A DNA stretch of 64,000 bases from Chrysochromulina tobinii (lineage: Eukaryota): positions 1-64,000 of the forward strand of contig JWZX01003073.1 in NCBI GenBank assembly GCA_001275005.1, read 5' to 3'. Below are positions 54,101 through 64,000 of this stretch, one piece after another. Position 1 is the stretch's first letter. Each line of letters opens with the position of its first letter. The position numbers were made by a program, and so were the translations under genes. Under the pieces are notes generated by a model that was not told the DNA's origin, made no database searches, and was given only the letters and a program-made list of their open reading frames with translations.

Positions 54101-57100
54101 GCTCAAGGAGTTGCAGACGCTGCAGATGCACTCCATGACGCCAGCTCGATGCCCGGCCGACCTCAATGCAATGGGCACGGCTCTGCGCCGGCTGCAGCGT
54201 TGGGAGGGCAAGCCCGGTGAAGACTCCATGTTCGACCTCATCGTTCAACTTGAGCAACTTCTCCCCAAGAAATCCGTGGCCTCCGCGTCCGCAGATTCCA
54301 GCAGCGTGTCGTCTGAGCAAACGGCGGCTGATGTGATCCGACTACTCGCAACGCACGCCACGCGAGTGCAGAACGCCGGCACCGTGATCTGCATTCAACT
54401 CGACAAGACAAAGGAGCTGCTTGATGCCCCTCGCGATCCGCAGAATCCCGTGCCTCTGCCCAAGGAGCCGTTCGAGCTCGCTCTGAGCAAGCAGATGGAC
54501 GATCTCGTCAACGAGCTCTCGTGGAAGGTAGACGACGTGCGCTCAAAGCGGGCGTGTTTGAAGTCCGGAGTGATCGAGCAAGTGTCGGACTTCAATGGTG
54601 AATTCATCAAGCTGCTGCAGACTCAGAAGTACACGTTAGCAGGCCAAGCCCTCAAGGGACTTAAGCGCTTCGAGTTCCTCATGGAGATGAGCGAGTTCCG
54701 GGAATGCCGTGGACGTGCCGCCGATTACAACGAGGAGATGAAGAACCATGCAAAACGCCTCGAGGACCAAGCAATTGCTGCTCTGCCTTCGGCACGTGCT
54801 CCCGAGGACCTAGCCGAGCATTTGATCCGGCTCAAGAAGCTTGAGGATGGTATTCCATCCTCGACGAGCGTTGCCCGAGAAGCGATCAAGGTGCTTCTGG
54901 TTGCGCTACAAAAGAAGTTCCCGCAGGGCATGGTCATGCTCGGCGCGTGCCTCAAATCAATTGATCCTGTCCTCGGCAATGCGATTGTCAACTCCTCGGA
55001 GATCTTTGCCGCTCTGCGCGTCACGCTCTTCAATGCGCGCACGCAGCAAGCCTTTGGAGACGTGCTCACGGGCCTCATAGGTGAGCCTGACATGGATAAG
55101 ACGGTGCTCGAACGCCGATACAATGAGTTCAAAGACACGTACGATGGCGACGTGAAGTGGGCGCTCGGTGGGGGCTGCTTTGGCGAAGAGGTGAATTATT
55201 GCGCCTCTAAGGCCAAACAGCGCACAAAGCTGAGTATGACCAAGCAGGCAGGAGCACTTATTGGCTTCACACCAAACGCGCTGGACAGCCTGCCTAAGGT
55301 GCTGGCTGCGATCTGTGCACTCTGGAGCGTGCAGTTTTATCTGAAAACGCGCGATCCGACCTCGAGCTTGGCCGACGCGGCAATCCGCCAGCCGCACGCC
55401 GTGCAGGTGCTGTGCATCTTGCGCCTCCTCGGAGCTGTCGGTAAAGGTGGGGTTCATCTCGAAAACCACCTCGCAGAGGTGCCCACCGGAGAGGGCAAAT
55501 CACTCGTTCTCGCCGTGACTGCTGCGACCCTTGCCCTCTACGATTACCACGTCGATTGCGTCTGCTACAGCAACAACCTGTCCAGTCGCGACCATGATGC
55601 CTTCAAGGACCTGTTTGGCGCACTCGGTCTCTATGATGAGAGCTCACCGCGCATCCGGTATGGCACCTTCGAGCAGCTAAGCGAGCGCCTCATGACAGAG
55701 AAGCACGGCCTGATTCGCGAGCAGATGCTCGCCTCGCTGCAGGGCAAGAAGCTCGCAGCCGACAAGCTCGCGAAGCCTGCTATTCGTCGCGTCTTGCTCA
55801 TCGACGAGGTCGATGTGTTCCTCGACCCAAGTTTCTTCAGCGGCATCTATCGGCCGGGCTTGATGATGCATGACGAGCGCGCGGCGGCTCTAATGCGTGC
55901 AATTTGGGCGAACCCGTCGCAGAACCCATTAGAGCTGGCTGAGTACAAGGCACTCTTCACGCAGCAAGCCATCGTCGCGAAGGGATACGAGTGGTTCGTA
56001 GAGTCAGCAGCCCGCGAGATGCAGCGCACCGCTGCCGATTTCAAGAAGAAGCCTCAGATTCGCGGCCGCGATTACGAACTCACCAACGGGTGGGTGTGGT
56101 ACAAGTCGCAGGACAGCCTGGTGCGCAGCGACCAGCTGAACTACTCGTACATGACGAATTGCGTCTACCTATATGAGCACGAGCGTGGCAGCGTCGAGGA
56201 GGCCCAGCTGCTCGAGCACGGGCTGCCGCTGCATGCCATCTGCGGCGAGTTTTCATATGCTCTGCTGCCGTCCACCAAGCCGTACAGCACCGCCGTGCCC
56301 GCCTTTTACAACTTCATCCTTGGCGTGACTGGCACACTCCGCGAGGGAAGGCTGCCGCCAGAGGCCCGCGACCTGCTGCGCGACCAGATCTTGATCAAGC
56401 ACATGACCTACTGCCCATCCATGTACGGGGCGCTGCAGAGGAACTTTGACAGCAAAAGCAAGGACGACGTCCAGGTGGCGTCAAACTCCGGCGAGCACTT
56501 CATTGCGATCAACAACGAGATCGTCAAGCGGCTGAAGCCGACCGACCACAAGTATACGGGCAAGCGTGCCGTGCTCGTCTTTTTCGAGAGCATCGAGGAG
56601 CTCGATCGCTTCTACAACTCGAGCTACTTCGCACGGCTGAAAGATGGCGCCAATTTACTCACCGAGGTCACGGCGAAGGAGCCGGAGGAGCGTGACTCGC
56701 TCGTCTCGAAGGCCACGCGGCAGGGACAGATCACGCTAGCGACGCGGGTCTTTGGGCGCGGCGTCGATTTCATTGTGGACGACGAGCACATGGTGACCTG
56801 TGGTGGTTTGCACGTGCTGCTCACCTTTTTCCCCCGCGACGTGCAGGAGGAGGTTCAGATCATGGGTCGGAGCGGGCGTCAGGGTGAGAAGGGCTCGTTC
56901 TCGATGGTGATGAACAGCCTTCACCTCCAGGACTTTGGAGGAGACATGGCGCCGGCCGACACGATCAAGACGTGGGTGACAAACGCTGAGCTGTATCAGG
57001 AGATGTCGAAGATTCGGTCGGCCCGCGCAGCGGATGACTTAGCGGAGCGACTTGCTCAGGCTGAATCCGCAAAGGAGAAGCATGATAAAGTCGCGACAGC

Positions 57101-57914
57101 TCTGCACTCGTACCAGCGACGCCATGACTCCAAACAGCTCTGCGAGCTGCTCAAGAGCTACAACCGCATCGCGAGTTCGACGACGAGCCGCACGCTCATT
57201 TTGATCGACGTGACCTGTTCGATAGACTCGTTGATCGAGAAAACCAAGGCGTGCATCGGCGAGTTCTTCGATCGCTGCCAGAAGGTCTTGGATGAGGAGG
57301 GTATCGTCTCAGGCTTCGAGCTACAGCTTGCTGGGTTCTCAAACTACAACGTTCGAATGGAGGAAATCCTCGAGGCATCTACGTGGGAGCTGAAGCCGCA
57401 CAATTTATCGCTGTTCCTGAATTCGCTCCACGTTCGCGGCGGTTGGGGTGAGGAGGCGATCGAAGTCGGCTTGATGCATGCTCTGTCAGAGCACCAAAAG
57501 CGTCCCATCGACCAGATTATCATCATCGGTGACGCTCCTGCCAATTCACTCTCTGATATTGATCTTAAGCGTGGTGGCGACGGGAAATCCTACGGCCGTG
57601 ACTACTGGGACGCGCAGAGGCCTCCCTGGGCTCCATCTGGGATCCCCAAGAGAGATGCGGCTGGGATGCTGCAAGAGATCCAAGCTGTGAAACCAGTGCC
57701 TCTTCACTGCTACTGGATGGCCGGCAGAGCCAAAGATAGCTTCAATGCGATCGCAGCGTTGACTGGCGGTGGTACTTCGCAGAAGCTTGACGTCAACTCA
57801 AAAGAGGGCGCACAGCTGCTGACCGATGCTGTTTGCAAGCAGATCCTAACGTCGCTCGGAGGGGCGGCGCTCGCGGACGCCTACGAGCGGATGAAACCGT
57901 CTTTTAGCCGCTAG
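48128..57914 (+). CDS. ~3200 aa protein: degenerate OTU-like domain, P-loop GTPase, long helical region, SecA-like SF2 helicase/ATPase, C-terminal vWA; introns 49132-49214 and 49438-49535
   Basis: Exons of 1004+223+8379 nt join in frame. G1 LLGLTGVGKST, G3 LIDTPGFGDT; SecA-like LAEVPTGEGKS, LLIDEVD, GVTGTL, LATRVFGRGVDF, GGLHVL, QIMGRSGRQGEKGS; vWA ILIDVTCSI, GGWGEEAIEVGL, IIIIGDAPAN. Start codon uncertain. Confidence 0.85.
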
Positions 57915-58741
57915 TCGGGTTGTAGCACATGCATGAATCGACACAAAACTCGTTGGAGCCGAAGGGGCTGGGAGTGGAGCCGAGCGAGGATGAGCGGAGA
58001 GAGCGAAGAGGTGTGCGTCGCCGTGCCGCTTGGCTGTTCCATGTGCAGTGGTGTGGGCTGGGGAAGTCATATCTTATGGAGGCACAAGGGCAAGGAAGCA
58101 CGGCAGAACCTGCTGAGGTGCCGAAGGAAGCTGCTGGAGTGCCGACTCGAGAGGGACCACGGAGATGCAGACACGCAACAGGAGGAGCACCGTGGCGCTG
58201 AACACCGTCTGTCCTGCATCTAAGGTACATGCATGGGGCGGGGTGGGGTTATGAAACGGCGATGAGCAGCGCCGGGGTTAGGGACACACAACGTTCGAGC
58301 ACAACGTGCGTACTCCGGAGCCCGTAGCCGGTGTGGGGGTGAGCAGTGCTGGTCGGTGGCTGGGTGGGGTGCGGTGAAGAGGCGAGCGAGGTCCTCGCAC
58401 CGCACTCCACAGCGGGGGCAGAGCCAGCAGCCACGCACCAGCGTGTTTCTACGCACAGCATGTGGACCGCCTGTGTGGGACTGAGATGTGAGTATGATGA
58501 AAACTGTCGGACAACACGAGGCAGCGCACGTATAAGCGAAGATTACGAACGAAAGTACAAAGTTAAAACCCGAGCGAACCCCGCCGCATTCTCGCACCAG
58601 CCGTATAAACTATAATCTCTCAGATGGTAAGCAATCAGAAAGGCATCGCTCGCATCTGAGGGGAAATAACAAATATCGCCCGAACCGCGCACGCAGAAGC
58701 CCAAAGCGGCTCGTCTTCACTAATCGAATCGTGTGTAGTCA

Positions 58742-61524
58742 CTATGCTAGCTTCAGCAACCAGAGAACAACCACGTGGGACTCGTCGTAGATGCAGAATT
58801 CGTCGTACAGCGTGTTCCTATGAGCAGTGGAAGGCCCAGCATGCTGTGCACCACTCAGATTGAAGCGGCAGATGAACATAAAGTTGCCATTGGTGCCGCC
58901 CTTGCAGTATCCCTTCGACTTGTTTGGATCAGGTGCACCGTACAGTCCCTTGCCAAGCATGCCCGGGGCCGCATACCGGAGCAGAAGCCCCTCGTGCTCG
59001 ATATTGGCGGCCGCTTCTTGCGAGCACCCGTGGAAGAGCAGCGTGTCGCACCCGCCATATCCCTTCGCATGCTGGTATGCCTGCAGCGGGTCGATGTTGA
59101 ACGTTGAGCTCTTCTTGAACGCACGCAGCGCAGTCTCTTTCTGCACCATCACCGCGCTCGCCACGCGAAGATGCCCGTTTGAGCGCCGCTGCCGAGCATC
59201 AAAGAAAGCTCTGATTGCTTGCTCCGACACGCAGTTCTCAGCGAGCTCTAGCCAAAGCACCACGCCTGGCGCGCTTTGCTTCCGCCTCGCCTCTTCGTCC
59301 CGCAGCTGCTTGAGTCGCGCGTCCTGAGTTGCCAGGTTCTGTGAAAGCTGCAAGAGTTCACCTTCCGCCCTGCGCTTCTGGTCTTGAAGCTGACTAGCAC
59401 TCTCAGCCGCCTCTCGAATACCACGCTCCGCCTCCGCAGTGCGCTGCAGCAGTGCCGCCTTGGCCGCGCCGAGCCGCTGATGTTCCTGCGCCACTGCTGC
59501 CTCCGCATGCTTGACAACGGCCTCCTGCTTGTCAAGCAGTCTCTGGCGTTCCGCTGCTTCCCAACGATGCTGACGCTGGAGCCGCTCCTGTTCCGCCAGA
59601 GCCTGGCGCTCGGCGCCCGTGTCCAGAAACGGATGCCGCAATGCCTCCGCCGCGCTCATCCGCCGCTGCAGAGCATCAGCCAGGTTGGTGGCCGGCGGTC
59701 GGTCGAGGTCAAGAAGGCCGTCTAGAAAGGAGGGCAGATGATCGCCACCCTTCGAAGAGGCAGAAGCAGTTGACCAGCGCTGAAGTTGCTCGGTTGGAGG
59801 CGGGCTGAAAGTAAAGTCTCCTTCGTCGCAGCACATCAGGAGCGAGCAGACTCCGAAGGCGTACATGTCAGTTGCGGCCGTAGGCTGTGCGCATGCTTCG
59901 CTCGAGCGCATCTCGGGTGCAATGTACTTGGCTGTGACGACGCCGAAGGTCGAGCTGGCCACACTAGCGACCCAAAGGCTGGTAGCGCAAGGAGCTTGCT
60001 CGCGCACACCCTCAAAATCAGCCAAGTGAGCCGTCTCCTGAGATGAGATGAGCACATTCTCGAGCTTGAGATCTCCGTGCGCATAGCCGTGCGTGTGAAG
60101 ATGATCGAGTGCCTGTGCGAGCTGCATGAGCACGCGCCGCCGCTTCCAGAGCTCGGGCGCTAAGCGCGCACGCCACGAAGCGGCATCACCGTTCGCGTAA
60201 AATGGCAGCTGAACGTACGCGACAGGCATCGGTGTCGGTGGGTTCTTGGGTTGAAAGACTGCCTCGACTTGTACGATGTGAGGATGCTGTAGCTTACGCA
60301 GAGCCTCCACCTCGGCGACCAGACGCTTCCACTCCCTACCAGCGGCATCCAGCTCATACTCCTTGAGCACGCACGCAGTCGAACGGCCATGCGAATCGGT
60401 TCCGAACTCGGCACTAAAGATGCGATGGCGCGAGCTCCGATGATCAGCAATCACTTGCAGTTCTGAATACTGATCGAGCTCACGCTCTACAAGAAGACTT
60501 TGGATAGCCGCTCCGTCGATGGCACCGAGGCGAAGCAGCTGTTCCTGTGCGAGGAGCTCAGGAAAGTGCGTGGCCATACGCCAGATGCGCATGCGTTCGT
60601 GACGCAGCTTGGCTTCCGCCTGCTGCAGCTCGCGCCTGGCCTGGGCGGTAGCTTCCGCTGCTCCGGGAGGTGGCCGTCGCTTTTTCTCAGCGTGGCTGGC
60701 TTCGTGTAGATCGTCCGCAGCCTTTTCCCACTCGGCATGGAGCGTATGGAGCAGCGCTGTGTTCGGGAGCTGGCCGCTGAGGTATGCTTGAAGGTCGGCA
60801 AGCTCATCACGCAAGCTCGGAAGCCGCTGCAAGTAACCCCCGACGGACGGAAGCAGCGAGCCCTGCAGGGCCTCAAGTCGTTGCTGCTGCACGGGCGTTT
60901 GGGCAGTTGCCGGGTCGAGTAGATGTGCGGTCTCATCCTGCAGGAGCTGGTAGCGCTCCCCGTGGTCTTCACCGACACGAACGGCTCGTGATAGCTGCTC
61001 GACGTGAGCTTGTCTGGCTGAGTCACGACTCCTGACAAGCTCGAGTGTCGGAGAGGTGCCGTTGACGGCGGCACCCCGGATGAGCTCCTGGAGTTGCCGC
61101 AGCTGACTGCGGCTAGCTTCAACTTCCTCAAGGATGCGCCTCAGAGCATCGGCGATCGTGATGTCTTGCACAGCCATGCCAGCAACTTCAAAGAGCTCAA
61201 CGGCGAGGATGCGCTCATAATAGGTGCTGCCATCGTACAAGAGAGCGCTTAAGGCCGCTTCACTATTGGCGAATTGGAGAAGCCCAGTCGACCTATGGAC
61301 AGAAGCGTTGAGTCAGGACACGATCTATGGATGCAGTAGGGATGTGAGCTCGCATACCCATCTATCCTCACGTCCAATACATCGCCATGGCATTGGAAAA
61401 TCCTGCGCGAGGTGAGCATTCTGTTCAAAATGCGAGAGCTCATGTCTGCTGGAGGTGGCACGCACCTTTTCAAGTGGCTGGAGTTCAGGCCATCCACATT
61501 TCGGACGCGCACGACTGTCGTCAT
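58742..61524 (-). CDS. 884 aa RRM - coiled coil - Ser/Thr kinase - coiled coil - PARP-like ADP-ribosyltransferase; introns 61403-61465 and 61293-61357
   Basis: Exons of 59+45+2551 nt join in frame via two GT..AG introns. RRM-like VVRVRNV..HLKRIFQCHGDVLDVRIDGSTGLLQFANSEAALSALLYDG..RILAVEL; kinase CVLKEY, HGDLKLEN, ADFEG, YIAPE, DMYAFG; ART LLFHG, GKGLYGA, YDEFCIY. Confidence 0.85.
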
Positions 61525-61743
61525 CGACCACGATCGAGTCCGACGGAATGCGATGCTCGGGGCGGGGCGTACTGTGCTTTCCCTAGCGAGCGAGCTCCAT
61601 GATCGCGCTTCGCGTGAGCGTGAAGAGCCGCCGTGAATTCAAAGAAGGGCCTTATCTCCACTTTTTCTTTTTGCCGAAATTTCCAGGCGGGGTGTGCGGA
61701 CAAGTCCTATTCACAGATTCCTCGCGTCCCGAGAAATCTTCGA

Positions 61744-62439
61744 ATGCTGCGAGGCGAGGACAAGGCGCTGGCCGCCGCCGCACTGGTCGGCGTCGTGCTC
61801 TTGCTATGGCGGTACTCACGCCGCGCAGGATCGCAGCAACAACCCGTGCGACAGCTCGCTGGCAATGTAATTGCATTGTACAAACCGTATAATACGCTGT
61901 GCTCTTTCGTCGATGAGGCCGGCGCGCGCGGCCGCACAACGCTCCTCACACTGAATCTCCCTGCGGGCCTCGTTAACGTTGGGCGTCTCGACCGCGACAG
62001 CGAAGGACTACTCTTGCTCACCGACGATGGCGTTCTGTGCAACCGCGTGCTGCAAGGCGGTGTTTCTAAACGGTACCACGTCCTTGTAGCAGGCACTCCG
62101 AGTGACGCTGCACTTGCTGCCATGGGAGCGGGCGGATTATGCATCCGTGGCCGGGCAACGCGCCCGTGCCGCATCCGCCGACTCGAGTATACGTCGACCG
62201 AAGCAGGGCTGCCCGGGACTAGCCACGTCGCATCCTGCAATCCGAGCAATTCGACGTGGCTGGAGTTCACGCTCGAGGAAGGCATGAATCGGCAAATCCG
62301 AAGGACGACGTTGCATTCAGGGCATCGGACATTGCGCCTCGTGAGGATGGGCGTGGGCACGTTGCAAGCGGAGCGGCTCGCGCTGCAGCCCGGTGAGTGG
62401 ATGTACGTTGAGCCGCACGATATTCTGCCCGACACATAG
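61744..62439 (+). CDS. RNA pseudouridine synthase, RsuA/RluE-like
   Basis: LYKPYNTLCSF, VGRLDRDSEGLLLLTDDG (catalytic Asp), WLEFTLEEGMNRQIRR, TLRLVRMGVG. Confidence 0.92.
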   Translation: MLRGEDKALAAAALVGVVLLLWRYSRRAGSQQQPVRQLAGNVIALYKPYNTLCSFVDEAGARGRTTLLTLNLPAGLVNVGRLDRDSEGLLLLTDDGVLCNRVLQGGVSKRYHVLVAGTPSDAALAAMGAGGLCIRGRATRPCRIRRLEYTSTEAGLPGTSHVASCNPSNSTWLEFTLEEGMNRQIRRTTLHSGHRTLRLVRMGVGTLQAERLALQPGEWMYVEPHDILPDT

Positions 62440-62608
62440 CAGGATACATTGGCGAAGTGGCGTACACAGTATCCGAAAGTACGAGTGTAGCGGGGGCGTA
62501 TGAGATGGACATACATAAACAACAGTCAACCCTGCGGAAGACTTGACTTGACTTCCCCGCGGGTTTGGACCTGTGTTTTGACTTGACTTGGCTTGTGAAA
62601 ATCGATCG

Positions 62609-63261
62609 ATGTCGCACACTTCAGTCCTGCTCGTGGCGGAGCTTCACGACGCGCTGAAGCACGCGCTCGCTGAGCAGAGCACCGCGCACGCACAGCAGCA
62701 GGCGATCTTGAAGCAGCTGGCGGACGTTCGGGCGAAAGAGCAAGCTGCACTCCACTCAGCGCAGAACATCCTCTCATCCTTGAAATGCATGCGCATGACG
62801 CTCTCTGCTTTGCAGGCGACGCAGATTGGAGTCACCGTCAGCAAGCTCCGAAAGTCTGACGCAGTGGCTGTCGCCAGCATAAGTGCTGAACTCATCAAGT
62901 CGTGGAAGGCGATCGCAGAGTGTGGAGGCCGTGGAATGGAGGGCGACGGAGTGGTGGACAGGAGCGGCAAGTCACCCACGAAAGCAGCAGCCAGCAGCAG
63001 CAGCAGCAGCGCCGCCGCATGCAGCGATGAGGAACGGACGGTTGGCTCGGTCGCCAGGCTGCAGGACCGTTATGCCAAGCTCGAAGAGCAGAAGAACAGC
63101 CGCAAAAGTGAGCCCAGAGAGCCTTTCCCTGGATCTTCTTGCCTTCTTGCCGAGGTGCTGTGCTGACGTGCGACCCTCTTACCAATGTTCCCCTCGTCCT
63201 CACAGTCCATGCACTCGACGACAGGGAGGCGGGGGTGCTCCAGAAGAAGATAAGGAGGTGA
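62609..63261 (+). CDS. TFIIS N-terminal (Med26/TND) domain protein; probable intron 63108-63205
   Basis: MTLSALQATQIGVTVSKLRKS..VASISAELIKSWK. GT..AG intron gives a short last exon ending in TGA at 63259-63261. Confidence 0.75.
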
Positions 63262-63676
63262 TCGATGAGAGTCGAGGGAAATCGAAGCAGCGACGACGGA
63301 CCGTGGGTCGCCCCAACCGGATACCCTGGCCCAAACCCCTGCACATGTGTCTCCCTCGTCCCCCTGGCACAAACATCACCCCGGGACCGCCGACGGAACG
63401 GAAAAGCCCCTTTTGCCCCAAATGCCACTTTTGTTTTGTTCAACATAAAGCTGATATGACCTAACGCTAACCCGCTGATCCTAACCAGGCGAGATGGGGG
63501 CGCGCAGCACTTGCACACACACACATGGCGAGAGGTCCGTGGACGACACGCCCGGACACACGACATGCGCGGGAACCGCCCCAAATGGTACAGAGGACGC
63601 CATGCAGAGAGAACGTGCCGGTCCGCCTGGCGGCAGCTTATCGAACGGATGCGACACGTGCAAGGGTTTCGGCCAC

Positions 63677-64000
63677 TCAACCAGGGTTGCTGCTCGGCCC
63701 GGCCTGTTTTTTGGTGAACTCCTTCACCATCTTGCCCTGCTTTGCAGCGTCGACGATGGCAGCGGCGGCTTGCTGCGCTTTGAGCTTGTCGCGCACAGCT
63801 TTGGAGGCGTTTTTATTCGAGGCGAGCGTGGCCGCCTGGTTGTGGTGCGTCTGAACGGCCTCGACCTTCACACAGAAGATCGGCTCATACTTCTCCATCG
63901 GGAAGCACTCGCAAGGCTCTCGCCTGCATGTGCAGTGCTTCGTGGCCCAATGGGTTTTCATGACCGTCATCGAAGTGATCTTGATGCCTACACAGCCCGG
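63677..64000 (-). CDS. 3' part of a small zinc-finger-like protein (5' end outside window)
   Basis: Frame open to the window edge: PGCVGIKITSMTVMKTHWATKH resembles the end of a C2H2 finger, followed by a basic helical tail. Confidence 0.5.
   Translation of the reverse strand, partial: PGCVGIKITSMTVMKTHWATKHCTCRREPCECFPMEKYEPIFCVKVEAVQTHHNQAATLASNKNASKAVRDKLKAQQAAAAIVDAAKQGKMVKEFTKKQAGPSSNPG

Noticed and set aside
55380..56930. Canonical plastid protein translocase SecA
   Set aside because: Motifs are SecA-like but embedded in a 3200-aa protein with GTPase and vWA domains, and there is no plastid-targeting leader.
57915..58741. Small ORFs between the two convergent large genes
   Set aside because: Short, with no motifs or clear coding bias; treated as UTR/intergenic.
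63455..63490. Telomere-like ctaac(c/g) words
   Set aside because: Only three degenerate, non-contiguous units; not an interstitial telomeric array.

Overview
GC-rich, gene-dense eukaryotic nuclear DNA with short spliceosomal introns. Gene content (PLGG1/LrgB transporter, cyanobacterial-type MPBQ methyltransferase, ARMC2, calflagin-like EF-hand protein) points to a flagellated alga. A haptophyte such as Chrysochromulina is my inference from composition and intron motifs and is not verified. About 27 protein genes can be supported; I found no rRNA, tRNA, CRISPR array or autonomous transposon. Main observations: (1) Several introns begin with a 7-31 bp copy of the start of the downstream exon, followed by a stereotyped cassette ending in CAG. 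Two cassette types recur in unrelated genes, suggesting an intron-generating insertion mechanism with variable-length target duplications. (2) A convergent gene pair at 48.1-61.5 kb encodes a ~3200 aa OTU-like/GTPase/SecA-like helicase/vWA protein and an 884 aa RRM-kinase-PARP-like protein, which resemble a eukaryotic defence/conflict module. (3) Strand-oriented (TTGAC)n arrays lie just upstream of about 7 start codons. (4) An Ap4A-hydrolase-type NUDIX domain is inserted inside a SAM-methyltransferase-like fold of an RGG-rich protein. Several single-base frameshifts look like assembly errors. All domain calls come from reading motifs by eye; no database searches were run.
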